Source of the DNA: Camelus dromedarius | Taxonomy: Eukaryota | Direction: 5' to 3' | Assembly (NCBI RefSeq): GCF_036321535.1 | Contig: NC_087447.1 | Location: 36,582,001-36,646,000 of the forward strand | DNA: 64,000 nucleotides | In this document: positions 14,104-27,700 of the stretch, piece by piece | Position numbering within the stretch: the first letter of the stretch is position 1 | How the letters are laid out: the number at the start of each line of letters is the position of its first letter | Made by a program: the position numbers and the translations under genes | The notes under the pieces: generated by a model | The model's database searches: none | What the model saw: the letters and a program-made list of their open reading frames with translations, nothing else | What the model was told of the DNA's origin: nothing

Positions 14104-15427
14104 TGGGTTTATAGAGAAGTATAAATTGTCCCTGCCCTTCAGGAGGTTATAATCTGGCTGGAAGCTAAGGTCAATATATGAATGATAGAGAATGGAAGCC
14201 AGTGTGTGATAAATGCCAAATACAAGATCAAAGGAGACTTTAATATCTAGGGGAGTGCTTGCATGTATTAAGTGTGCAGTAAAATAATTTTGATTGGCTG
14301 ATTGAAGACTTAAGCCTGGAGAATGGTAAAATCAACAAAGGAAGAAAAAAATAGCATATTTTAATTTAGATCCAATATGATTGGTGGTTATTTTAATGGT
14401 CTAGAGGTTGCTTATTAACTTTTGTTTTCCTACTTATTTTAAATATTTTATAGCTTTCTTATTGTGTACCTTTGGCTTATTTAGTTCAGTAATAACAGAA
14501 GCTGAATAATCAATAGATCTTGAACTAGTCTGACAACTGAATTATTTTACTGACAAATATTTTAAAAGACTGTTATTTATTTATTTATTTGGTGGCTGGA
14601 GTAGGGCAGATTCTGAAAACTAAAATGCTAACCAAAAATGCTATCTCACCTTTTCAACACCAAATTTCTTCATCTTTAAAAAGAAGGTTTCAAAAAAGAT
14701 TTCCTATTTGGGCCCTTCTAGATTTAAAATTCTATGATTCTCCAACCAATAGACTATTATTACATAGTTCAATGTCTTAAAGGGAAACTTGCATATAGAT
14801 TTTATGATTAGGCTGTTAGCCCACAAGTTGATGGTTTATGTGTATATCATTATATGAAGACAATTTAAAGATAATTTGGAATTTGTAAAATATGTAAGAG
14901 CAAGGAATTTTAAAAAGTGCAAAGCATGCTTCTAAGTTTAACTTTTCAATTCTTAAAACCGTAACCCTCTTCAGAAGAAATTAAATTTGATTGCATTTAA
15001 AATCATGCCATATGATAGGTAATGATAAAGGTTTCTATAAAGTGCTATGAGCAAACAGAAGAAGAAATTAATTTTAAAAGAAGAGATGTGAAGGAAATTT
15101 TTACTGAAGTAGAGACTTTCAGTCAGGTATTGATGGCAAAATAGGAGTTCAGAGAAAGTTAGCTCCATAATGGCTGAATCTTTTTCTTGCTCACCATTCT
15201 ATCTCTTGTGCCTAGAACAATGCCAGACACAAAATGAGCATTTTAATAACTATTTTTGAATGTTGAGCCAATCTGAGGGGGACAAGATTTAAGGATATTC
15301 CCAGAAACAGGAAAAAAACATAGGGAAAAACATGAAGACATGGAAGATCATGGCATATGTGAAGACTTATGATTTAGTTTATTCTGGCTGGGATGTCGGG
15401 GTATGAAGAGGATGTACTAATATCTAA

Positions 15428-15640
15428 TGATTAAGAGCACGTACTTTGGAGTCAAACCAGAATTTGAATCCTGACTACATCTTATGTGATTTTTATGAAA
15501 ATGGGTAAAATGGTAAGCCTCAGTGTTCCTACTTTAAAATATAACTAATAGTATTTATTTATAGTGTTACCACACAGATTGACTGGCCAATAGTGGCTGG
15601 AAAATGGAAAGCACCAAATAAATTATTAAACTATTACTAC
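15428..15640 (+). mobile_element. MIR SINE
   Basis: gattaagagcacgtactttggagtcaaaccagaatttgaatcctgact...gcctcagtgttcc. Confidence 0.75.
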
Positions 15641-16836
15641 TTTTTTTGAGGAAGTAATAAGTCCTAAAACTGGAAATATATATATGGTGAAAATCTTGAC
15701 TTTCGGTCATATTGAGGAGCTTGGACTATCCAGGAGTTGATTTGGAGTTATTAAATTTTAGTTTGCAATTGAACATTAGCCACAACATATATACAAGACA
15801 CTTTGGATAGGGGCATTTAATAACTTATAAACTTTACTTTATCCTTTCAAAATATTCTATTACTGTTACACAATTTCAGCATTTCCCATCTTGCTCATAT
15901 TGCTCAGTTATTTGATACTCACTCCAAACAGAGAATAGACAGCATAAATTTATTAACTGGTTAAGCAAAATGACCTTTTTAAAGTCTCCTGAGGTTAGGA
16001 GATGGGTTAAATAGCACATAGCAGGAAACCAAAAACTAAAAAAAAAAGAATAAAATAATTAAATTGGATAGATGTTATTTATAGGACTAATATATCTGTG
16101 ACCCAGACTATAACTAGAAATGGCAAGTGGATGATCCATTGGTTGATAATTGAAAGTTCATTTCATTTTTATAGGTCATGTTCCAAATCTGGCTGACCCA
16201 CTGAGGTCTTTTAGTAGACCATAAGTTCCAGAGTTCATCCCTATACCAAAACCTTCTTGCACAATGTCTTAAATATCATGTATTCACAATTATATTTATT
16301 GTTCAATGTTATAATTTGTATTTCAGTGGATACAATCAGTGTTCACACTTTAAAAAATGTCTTGAAGGGCTTATTTTTCTTCAGTATGGCAAAGAGAATG
16401 GAAAAATAATGAGTACATATGTTTTGTTAGTGAAAAATCTATTTGCTATTAACATTTTCAGGGTGGTAAAGGGCAAAAATATCGCCTCTCTCATTTCAAG
16501 TGAAATGAATACTGCTAGTCTGAAAGTTTTGATTAGTATAGCTTTGGCAGTTCAACCTGGCTGAAGAAAGTTTCTATATGGAGAGAACGATTATTTTTAA
16601 AGGCCTTGATGTGTCATTTTTGAATCCTTAAGCAGAAATCATGTAGTCTTATGAACTTTATAACATTTGAGGATAGCTGGCCATATAGCAGGCCCTCACA
16701 GAAAACCTATTGAATAAATGGTTTTAATATATCAATTATGGATGTAAAATGAAATGTACTGGGGTTTAGAGTTCATGGGAGAAGAGTAGTTTGTTAAGAA
16801 TTGGTAGAAAGTATCTACTACTGGGGCTTTCTGTAT

Positions 16837-17040
16837 CAGTATTTCTCCACATATGATTTGAGCACCATTAACTAGATTAACTAACTGGATAACTAACTGG
16901 ATTTGGGTGCTTATTAACAATGCAAATTCTTGATGCCCCACCCAAACCGTTGAATTAGAATCTCTAGAAGCCCAGGGAATCATCATTTAAATAAATTCCA
17001 CAGAGGATTCTAATCACTGCAATGATTGAGAACTACTGCC
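16837..17040. mobile_element. MER5A/B hAT-Charlie MITE
   Basis: cagtatttctc...gggtgcttattaacaatgcaaattcttgatgccccacccaaaccgttgaattagaatctct...ttgagaactactg. Confidence 0.8.
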
Positions 17041-18269
17041 CTAGAAAAATAACCGGTAAAAAGCTGAGCTAAAAAATAAACAAACCAGAAGTATAAAATT
17101 GGATTTCTGATTAAGGCAGTTTGTATCATTAGTACATAATAACTCTGTACAATGAGTACAAAAAAACTTTGATATTAAAGACTGAACTGTTAAATTCATT
17201 TGTTTTACTCTTCAGAGTAACAACATATAAACAGCTAATTCATACATTATTTCAGTTTTATTTATAAATTACTTTTGAATCTTTTGGCTAAAAGAGAGAA
17301 AATTCCACAAATCTACTTTTGACTATAATTAACTTGGCATATGCTTTTGAATTAATAATTGGAGGTTTGAACTCTCTTAAAGAACTTTTAAAATGTTGCT
17401 AATATCTTCATTGTTCCTAAGTCACTTAGTAGAGCCTGGATATTTGTTATAAATGATGTGGTGCTAATTAAATATTGTTATTCATCTTTACCAATCAACT
17501 GAAGTTAACTGTATTTGTGACTTGGTAGGAGTGGAGGGATGGAAAGTTTAAGAGGTGACATGAAACTTTATGAAATGAGTGCCAGTTGAATACAGAGAAA
17601 AGTATGATTAGTAAGATTTGGTGGTAATAGTTTTGCTAGGGGGACTTTTTGGGGGAAAAAATCCCAAAACAGCACTGTTTCCTTATTTTTGAATATAATG
17701 CAGTTTTATTTTCCCTCCTTTATGATCCAACACCTTATTTCCTATAGAGAACTTAATGATTACTAGAATGTAGGAAATGTTTGGTAATGTCTAACTAGGT
17801 AGAATTATTAGTATTTTTAATAGTAAAGCTTATGATAATGCTTTCTATAACTCAACAGACTGTAAGAAATTGGGAGAATTACCTATGATGAAAACTCCAC
17901 ATGAAATCTGAGCTACAGTGGGCCAGGTAAAACACTAGGAATTTAGTAATTTTAAGTCATCAATAACAATTAACATTAATATGCTTCATAGTTGTTAAAA
18001 ATGTACATTCTTTTTCCTTTTATAATCTCTTGTTCCATTTTGCTCTTCTTCATATTTTCTTCATCTAGTTTATAAATTTGAATATTTGCACTTTTTAAAA
18101 ACCTTATATGTTCTTTTCTTAACTATAATTTAGAATAAAATTTCTAAAAGACACTGGGATTTTATTTAGTTATTATGAGATAACTTGAACTTTTATTAAA
18201 AATTTTTCCAGCTGTATAGTAAATTGCTTATTTTAGAAATCAGTCTGGCTTGTTTTATGGAAATTATCA

Positions 18270-19185
18270 TCTTAGATATAATGTCTACTATGTGAGAGGT
18301 ATTGTTGGAGACAATGGAGATATAACAACAAATAAAATCCCTGCTCTTATTAAGTTTATGTTCTATTGGTATTGGTGGGGAAGACACTAAAAAATAAAAA
18401 TAAACGAGTAAAATATAGTATGTCAGAAGGTGGTAAATGCTATGAAGAAACATCAAACAGGATCAGGAGATAGGGAGTGCTGAGGTGGGAAATTTGCTAT
18501 TTTGTTGTATAAAATGCTATAAAGCCTCATGGATAAAGTGATATTTGAGCTGACCAGAAGGAAGTGAAGAAGGAAATCATACAGATATCTAGAAGAGCAT
18601 TCTAGGAAAAGAGATCTCGTGTCCTGATGTAGAGGAGTGAACTTGATGAACTTGAGGAATAGTAGTAAAGAGTTCAGTGTAACCATCTGGTGTGATTTGT
18701 GAGGATGTGAAGGATTTAAGCCACTGCAAGAGCTTTGATTTTTACCCCGAGGAAGATGGGAAACCATTGGAGGGTTCTCAGCGAAAAAGTGACATAATCT
18801 GACTTTCATTTAAAAAGATTTGCTTTGACTGCTCTGTTGCATATAGACTATATCAAGGAGGTTACTTAGGAGATTTTTGCAGTAATCCAAGTAAAAGATG
18901 ATGGGGTCTTAGATGAATGAATGAACAACTAAATAAATAGTGGTTGTATGTGATTCTGAGCAAATGTAATGAGAATTAAACCTAGTTAGGTAAATCTTCC
19001 CTGAGGAGGATTGAGCTAAGATTTTAAAGAATAATAGGGATAAAATAAAAGGGCTGAGTTTGGGGGGGATGAAGTAAAATATTTTAGTCAAAGGAAAGAG
19101 CATATGCAAATATCACGAGGTGGGTGGGTACATGTTGTGTTCCAGGAACTAGCAGATTGCCTGTGAGGCCAGAGCTCAGAGAGCT
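18270..19185 (-). mobile_element. L2 LINE (L2a-like) 3' region
   Basis: ctactatgtgagaggtattg...aaatccctgctctt...ggtaaatgctatgaagaaa...gatatttgagctgacc...gatgggaaaccattggagggtt...gcagtaatccaagtaaaagatgatgg. Confidence 0.85.
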
Positions 19186-19560
19186 AACATTTATATGCAA
19201 ATTATTTGATTTATTTATTTCTCAAAATAGTCTTTGGTAGTTTTTATTGTTTCCATTTTACATTTGAGTAAATTGGAGCTTAGGGAAGTGAAATGTCTTG
19301 CCTAGGATCAGATTATTAAGAAATAACAGAACTTGCTTGTTTATTACAGTCCCTCTCTCCATCTCCATTACCACTCCTACCAGAACATAGGTTCAATAGC
19401 ACAGAAACTTAATTTTGTTTGAAGCTGTAGTCTCAGCAGCTAGAACAGTGCCTGGAACTTGGTAGATGCTCAGTAAATACTTGCTGGATGAATGAATGAG
19501 AGAATGAGTTAGATTCAAGTTGCATCTAACTCCAAAGTCCATGTTCTTAACCACATCTTA
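19186..19560. mobile_element. MIR (-) fragments flanking an L2 3' end (+, ~19380-19500)
   Basis: ccattttacatttgagtaaattggagcttagggaagtgaaatgtcttgcctagg (MIR); gcttagaacagtgcctggaacttggtagatgctcagtaaatacttgctggatgaatgaatg (L2 tail). Confidence 0.7.
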
Positions 19561-20129
19561 TACACTCAGAAGCAAATTAGAACTATCAGACTGATTCTTA
19601 GAGAAGGTTTTGATAAGGGACCAAAGCTTTAGGCCAGTGCAGTTCACGGGGGATGAAGAAAAAACATTACTGAAGGGGAAGTAGAGCTTGGAAGGAATAG
19701 ACTAAGTGGTTAAAAATAAATTTATAAGAAACTAAGATAGATAGGAAGAGAGGAGAAAAAGAGGCTCTGATTGTAAAGCTGGGTAGCTAACTTCCACAAC
19801 AGCTTTCACTGCAACCTGGGCCTGAAGTGTTCTTGCTCTGCTATCCCGCAGTTGCACATTGCCTTAACTTAGCCAGTCTGTTTCCTGGGAAACAAACACA
19901 GTCAATATGCCCTACATAATTTCTCTCTCTGGTCCCCTTTAATTCTTTCACTCACCAGTCCCCCTCCCCCAAACATTTTTCTTATCAGGTGCTCTCAGAT
20001 AATTTGTCCCCAGTGTAATATGACCTGTGGGACGCACAGAGTATCTGTTGACTTCTCAGTTCTGAGTTGGTAGTTCAGGTGTGTTAGTTTATACTGTTAG
20101 TTTATACTTGTCTATCCACAGATATTTTT

Positions 20130-21370
20130 CTCTGAAGTGGAACTTTGTATATCTCATGCCTAGGAATTTAGACCTTAATCTTTCTGTTTCTTCACCTCAC
20201 ACTGTCTCATGTTCTTTTACCATTTCAAGCTGTTTATCTTTTCCCTTCTGTTGCAGAGGAAGAAATGTTCCATCTCTTTTCATAAGGTAACATCTCCACT
20301 TGAGCTCTTTTACTCCCATCCCTTCGTACCTCTGCTGGAACTTTGGTCTGTTAATTATCCCCATTCTCTCTTGCATTCATAAACTAAATATATACATTTC
20401 CTAATTTAGTCTGTCTCTCTCTCCCTATCTGTTCTTTTACACAGAGTTCAAGGTTGAGGTTTTAAATCCTATTTTGTTACTTTCTAGCTTTGGAAACTTG
20501 AGCAAGTTATTTGACTTTTTTGAGTCTCAATTTCTTACATTAAAACATCATTTGTCTTTTAACTTTGCAAATTTCTGGTGAGTCAATTATAATAATATAT
20601 ATGAAAACACTTTATAAGCTAGAAAACACCATTCAATTACAAGATGTTATCATTACAACCTATGTACACAAATAATTCAGATCTCTTCTTAATAATTTTC
20701 CTCAACTTTGCTAACCCTTGAAATATCCTTTTTCCTCTTACAGTTAAATTTCTTGAAAGAATAGTTTTTGTTTGTTGTCTGTATTTCCTTACTCCTCAAT
20801 TCATTGGAATCTGGCTTCCATTTAATTCTGGCTAATTCTGTTGAATCCACTGACTTCAAAATTACTAGAGATCGCCCAATTCCATATCCTTTTCTCAGCT
20901 CTCATTCTTACTTTCTGTGGCTATTGATACTTTTGACTAAAAATGGCTCAGCACAGTACTTAATGTATAGTAGATATTTAACAAGCTTTTAATAAATAAA
21001 AGTATTCTCTTTAGTTTTTTGGGAAGGATCTATTTTTTCCTTTAGTAAACTAAGTACATGCATTTCCTAATTTAGTCTGTCTCTGCTGTTGATACTCTCT
21101 CTTGGAAGTTTGATCTGGTCTAAGGCCTTTCAACTGTACATGAATGGGTCTCACATCTACTTTTCTAGCTTTGTCCTGAGCTTTAGTTTTGACTGTTTAA
21201 CTTTATATCTTTGCTTGGATCTCCCATTGCCACTTCAAATTCACCAGTTTTACCATCTACTTTCCCTAAATCTATCAGTCTTTTGTATTTTTAACATTGA
21301 TACCAGCATTTGGTCATCCAAACTTGAAACTACAAATGTGCTGACTCCTTTTTCTTTATATGTCACTACA
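20130..21370 (+). mobile_element. Decayed L2 LINE with nested MIR (~20440-20655)
   Basis: Pyrimidine-rich L2 body (aacatctccacttgagctc...aaatttcttgaaagaatagt...tctggcttcc...); MIR core ctagctttggaaacttgagcaagttatttgac. Confidence 0.65.
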
Positions 21371-21371
21371 G

Positions 21372-22020
21372 TAGTCATTCATTTGTTCATCAAATGTTTA
21401 TTCATTGTTCGTTACATGTAAAACACCATCCCAGATACTGGGAATACATGAATGAAACAAAAAAGACAAAAATACTTGGTTGTAAGGATCTTATTTCTAA
21501 TTGTTTTCTTTCATTCATTCATTTACTTAATAAATATTTATTGAGAGTGATGGGATATAGGGTTGTCAGAGAAAGCTTCTCTGAGATGGAAACATTTGAT
21601 CAGAAACATGAAGGTGAGAGCAAGTCATGCAAATTATCGGGGGAAGAACTTTCAGGCAGAGGAAAAACGGTGCAGAAAGGCCTTTAAGTGAGAGGTACTT
21701 GGCTGTTCAAAGAAAAGTTGCTACTAATAGTGTGATTATATCTGAATGAGTGAGTAAAAGGGAAGTTGGAGATAATATTAGAGAGACTGTTGGTGGCCAA
21801 ATCAAGTAGTGTCCTCTAGACCATGGTGAAGATTCCGGCTTTTATCTAAGTGAAATGGGAAGCCCTTGAAGGTTTTAAGAAGCAAGATGATTTCCACTTT
21901 TAAAAGAATCACTCTGCTAGGAGAACAATAAGCTAGAAAAGCAGGTGTGGACGGAGGGATACTAGTTAGGAGGCAGATGAGAAAAAATAATGGCTTGCAT
22001 TAAAGTGGTAGCGGCAGAAA
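21372..22020 (-). mobile_element. L2 LINE 3' region (two tail copies)
   Basis: cattcatttgttcatcaaatgtttattc and cattcattcatttacttaataaatatttattgag tails; gtcagagaaagcttctctgag...aaatgggaagcccttgaaggttttaag. Confidence 0.8.
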
Positions 22021-24137
22021 ATGATACATGTGATGAATAAATAGAGTAAAGAGCCTTTCCTGGGTAGATGTAGCCTTCACTGTTAGCATGGCTGGGTAAG
22101 TTGGTGGAACTTTTCTTTCTGGGTGCCTTCTCCTTAGCTAGTTAAACCTAGTGCCAGTGTGCATGTAGCATTAGTTGTCATTTGAGACATTGATTGTTTC
22201 AATGTGCCTGAGTTTGTTTTAATGGCCCATACCAATAGCAAGGGAAGTGACAAAATATTTGATATTTTTCATATGTGCCTATTTCAATAACTCAGCAATA
22301 TCTTGAAATGGCCTGGTATGGAGGATGAGGCAAGTCTAGGGACTGCTGCCAAGTCCTGCATAGCAGCAACGTGGAAGTAGTTTAGTCAGTTTCACTAAAA
22401 GTTTGAAATCTACTATGTTAGAGGTAGGTGTAGAAGCTGTGTTAATTGCTAGCTTATTTTCCACATGGTTCTGTTTTAATGAAGCATATTTGATGCAGAT
22501 GGTTGGAAAGTAAGTTGAATAATGTCTAAACTGGTCCTAACTAATTCCCACAGTGCTTCCATTCTGATACTTAACAGTGCCTTTGTAAAGTTCTTCATTC
22601 ACAGCTTTTTTTTTTTTTTTTTTCCGGTTAAAATGTGACCAGAGATAACTGAAAACTATTCATTCTTTAAACTTGACCTCTGAAAAGAATAAGAGCAGCC
22701 ATTTCCCCCCAGATTCCAAGTCAAAACTATACTCCAACTTGGTTTCTATAGTATTATGGGGTTCTCTTCATCATTATGGCTTTCTGAATATATTTAGTTG
22801 GGTAAATGGGCATTACAAAGGCTGACATACAAGAACTGATGTGACTTTACCAAATGCTGAAGTTAGTTTTGTTAACATGACAATACTTTGGCCTCTTTGG
22901 GGATATGAAATAGAACAGCCTGGAATATTAATAACTATCTCTTGTTTGCATATTCTCTATATCTTATGCAATTAAATTAGAATTGCTAGGTAGATATTAA
23001 TGTTAGGTTAGAAATGAAATCAAGAATAAATTGTCCAGCAATATTGCAGAAATCTTTTCCTTTCTTCTGTGAGACTAGAGTATCAAAATTGTCATTGTAT
23101 TTTTCTCAAATCTTTAGAGAGAATTCAGACATGTTATCTTACTTAACAGTGTTATGCTGATTTCCTCTAAGTATTTTATTTTGACGTACTTGGTGCTAAA
23201 TATGTACATTTGTCTTCATATTTGCCCAAGGATATAGATAATGTTCCTCTTAGATTTGAGGTTGAGCTCTGTAGGGCAAAAAGGGAGACATGGTTCAATG
23301 GGTTTGTATCCTTTTTTTTTTTTTTCTCACATTGTCACTAAAATATTCTCTTTATTATCTGAATAGGACATCTGCTGACTAGCCTGACTTTCTTTACCTG
23401 ATTGTGTGAAAAGTCTTGGTTAAATCTGTTAGGCCTTGGAGGCCCAGGTATCTGCTAAGTGCTTCTAAGCTTGAAAGACACACTGTCCTTGGTCCTTTTT
23501 GTCTCTTCCACTTATGGACATCTTTGATAAGTAATTGTGATATAGGTATGGGATAAGCCAAATAATGCAGTATTCTGAGCAGTAATTGACCATAAAGATT
23601 AATTACCTCTTAATAAGCACTGAACATTCTCTCATATTTTAGAGAGATTAAAAAATGCAATATAAACATTTTTCATTCAGTTATCTTAATACAAGAAGTC
23701 CTAACACTGAAGAGAAGTAGTTTTAAAAAAATAGTTTGTGAGAAATCTTTTAGAGTCACAATCTTGCTTTTATCTACCTCTGCTCCCCAGTTGTCTCTCA
23801 CTAGAAGAGTTTAACACTAGACTAGACAGTGTTCTGACAAGATGTACTTGAATGTGTTTGGGGAGATGTATTGAACATACCCCTTTGCTACAGAAACAAT
23901 TCATCTTTAAATGTCAACTTCAATGTTGAAATTTTATGAAAATGGAAAGGAATACACATTTTCACTTATTTTAGACTTCCCTTTGGAAAATGTAGTTTGT
24001 TGCTGTTGTCTCAGTTTGGAAGGGTTTACAGAGTTTTCTTCAGATACTCATGGAAAGCAAATACAATCCTGAATTAGACTAGAAAAAAAAGTTAATTCTT
24101 TAAAAAAAAATCTGCATAATTGTAGCACATCAGTCTT

Positions 24138-24466
24138 TTTTTTGAGCCTTTTTTATTGAGTTATAGTCAGTTTACAATATTGTGTCAATTTCTGGTGTAC
24201 AGCACACTTTTTTAGTCATACATGAATATACATATATTCATTTACATTTTCCTTTTCACCATGAGCTACTACAAGATCTTGAATATATTTCCCTGTGCTA
24301 TACAGTAGAAACTTGTTTATCTATTCTATATGTGAATGTCAGTATGTACAAATCTCGAACTCGCAGTCTGTCCCTTCCCACCCCACTGCCCCCTGGCAAC
24401 CACAAGTTTATATTCTATATCTGTGAGTCTGTTTCTGTTCTATATTTAAGTTCATTTGTCTTCTTT
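24138..24466 (-). mobile_element. Short 5'-truncated young LINE-1 3'UTR insertion with perfect 15-bp TSD
   Basis: TAGCACATCAGTCTT at 24123-24137 and 24467-24481; T-rich tail; body homologous to the L1 3'UTRs at 6.4 and 42.8 kb. Confidence 0.95.
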
Positions 24467-24536
24467 TAGCACATCAGTCTTAGTTTTTTTTTTTTTAATC
24501 TTTTCTTCAATTTATATTAACCCTGGGGATTTTTAT

Positions 24537-24741
<205 letters not shown>

Positions 24742-27700
24742 ATCTCTTCCCTTGTTTGTTTTATTTCAAGCATGGTTTAACTTTTCACTAGAGCAAGCGT
24801 CTAAAAAGATCAGAGTAAGAGGAGAATAATTACCTTTGTGACAACTGTCAGTTATTCAACATAGAATATGTTATTTCCCAAGTAATGTTTAAAAACAAAA
24901 TTGGAGAATTACACTTGAATTTGATTCACCTTGAGAAATCTCAGAAAAAATGTAAAGATCCCATCCTGTCATTTTTTTCTTTAATGTAAAAATGCTTCTG
25001 AAACCCAAAGAGAATAGCTCTTTGGAATATTCTTTGACTTTGAACTATGTGGAAAACTTACAAGATTTAGGGGAGCCTTAACTTGAATTAGGCAGGTAGT
25101 AGTCAGCTATTACAATACTACTGATAGTAAGTATGGGGGAGCTCTGGAGATGAGGTTTAAAATATCAGGTTGCTCCAAACAAGAGTTTAAGGACAAGAAA
25201 AATTCAGTTATCCTTGTTTCATCATTATTATATAGATGTTAGATACTTGGGAAGATTTTTCTTTTTCTTTTCATTTCAGAGAAATAATACTCTTAGAGAT
25301 AAAGCAAAATATTTAGTTAGGCTTTGAGTTATTAGGCTTTAGACATTAATTGGGCTTTACAATTTTTTTATTTTTATAATTTCTCACTGTGGTTTTCAGG
25401 TCTTATTCTTGAACTGTGTGTCTCTTCTGGTCTTGATTTTGTTTTCAGAGAAATAGCAGAGCTAAGCTTTTCATTTAATTGTAATAAAATACTGCCCTAA
25501 AGAACAACAAAATATGATTTTTTTTACTGGTTTATATAGAAAAGCATATAACTGTAATAATATTTTAACTATAGTTTGTATAGACCATACTCATTTAAAC
25601 TCTATGCAAATCTTTGTTACTTCAGGGCAAATAAGCTACAGAACCATAATGTGTGGTGTAGTGAGCACACACCATAAATTTGATAATCATACTTGTGAAT
25701 TCATCATATTTTATATAGAAGATTTCTGTAGCATCATGAATAGTAATGTGCAAATGATGTGAAAAAAATGTTGCCACACTCTTTAATGTTTAGTGATTTT
25801 AGTGCTACTGTATTATTTCATTCTGTGCCAAGTTACATTGATTGAAAAGTGAAGATATTAAAATAGCAGAAATTTTACATTGGTTTTAATGTGTGGAGTT
25901 TCTGTAATTCCCCACCAATCTGGAATACTAATATAAATACTCCTTTTGTGGGGTGGCAGGAAACATGCTGCCCAGACTACACATGTTACCCTGCTAGGCC
26001 TGCCTCTACTGTCTAGAGAAATAGGAGTGGGAGGCCGTCTTAAGTGAAAGTGAAAAAAGGCATTTGTTTAGCTGCATGGCAACACAAATATTTCACTTAG
26101 TGCGGACTGACAATGTATCTCATTATGTGAGCGGGTGCCAGCTTGTAAAGAATTTCTGTTTAACTTTCCATATTAGTTAAAGGTGCCTGTGCTTAACTGT
26201 TTGAAGCCTGGCATTCAGGTCCCCTTCTTCCCTAAACCACAATGCACACTTTTTGTCTACCAGTGTTTGTTTGTTTGTTTTGAATCCCAAAGTAATAAAA
26301 GAGAGAGAGCCAAGGATATCTGATCCACTGAATGCTATTAGGAAAATGTGGGAAAGCCTGCCAGATTGAAGTTGGTCTCAGGCTAGACATTTATCACTTC
26401 TTCCCATTTCTCTTATTTCTGATGCACTTTTCTTAAGGCTAATTATTATATTCTGTCTTGACAATAGAAATATTTGGTGGCATTTGTTTTAAGTTGATGG
26501 TTAACCTTGTGATGCTACCATTGCCTGAGCAGCAGTCCCATGTTGTCTAGATAATAATTCTTGATCTTAAATTCTCCAGTCTCCTCTTACAGTGCATTTG
26601 GATCCTAGGCTATTTTTGCTTCTTACTTTGTTAGAAAGCAGAGGAAAGTAAATTAACCATAACTACCATATCACTTGTTTAGAATAATTTATTTTATGGA
26701 TTTTGATTTGAAGGAGGTAGAGTAGTACTTCCTACTTCAGGAGTATTTGAGATCAAGTCGCTTTGTTCTCACTGGCATGATCCCTACCTTGTGGTCATAG
26801 TTTCAGTAACTTTATGGGATATGGTGGTTATAAGAGGAGGGCAAAATACATTTTTAGATGTCTGTGACTGTAATATAAAAATGAAAAATTCTCAGCATTC
26901 ACAAGCATAGAATGATGTGCAAGAAGTAACTGGATGAATATTCCAGGAAATACACTTTTTTTTTTTCATAATTTCATCACACTTTTTAAAGCTGTGGCAT
27001 CAGAAATTTCAGTTTGTTTAGAGAATGTTTCAAGATGTTTTACCCAGTGAGAGAATGCTTGTTACAGAATAAGCTAAGAGAAATAATTTATAATGGACAA
27101 AGTATTTAAAAATTATATAAACCAAGAGAGTTAAAAGTAGAGATCACTTTGAATTAAAAATTGAAAACACATTCAAATTGTTGGCAATTCCTTTGTACTA
27201 GTATCTGCATAAGGTTTAGGGGTTGTACTTTGTGGGTATACTTACATCTATTTTATAAAAATGGTTGTGGAATTTAACTTTTTAAAAATAAGAAATACAT
27301 TCAAATATGAGAATTAGAAGTGAATTCTAAAATGGATTCGTCGTCTTATTTTTTTTTTTTTCCAAATTAAGTTGCTGGAAAATTGTAGTAAAATCTTTTC
27401 CTCCTCTTTCTTCCCTCTGTTGAATTTTGATTCTTATCCTATTCCACCTTTCTCTATATTTAGTGTAGAGTTTGGGCCTCTTGAAGAAGAGAATTCTTTT
27501 AAATTCCCCAAACTGTGGCATCATCTGTTAGACTAAAGCCTGAACTGGCTGGGGATTGTAAATATCTGCCAAGGATCTCTCTGACCTCTTTACCACTTAC
27601 TACCCCATAGTAGTAGTGGATTTTTGCTGAATTAGTCACATTCTAGCCCTGTGTCTGGGCCTTTCAGATAGGAAATACAATATGCCATTGGTTGAGGGGA

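Noticed and set aside
20082..20107. Perfect 13-bp tandem duplication tgttagtttatac x2
   Set aside because: Ordinary micro-duplication
25341..25355. agacattaattgggc resembles the 3' part of miR-421
   Set aside because: Seed region absent and no precursor hairpin seen
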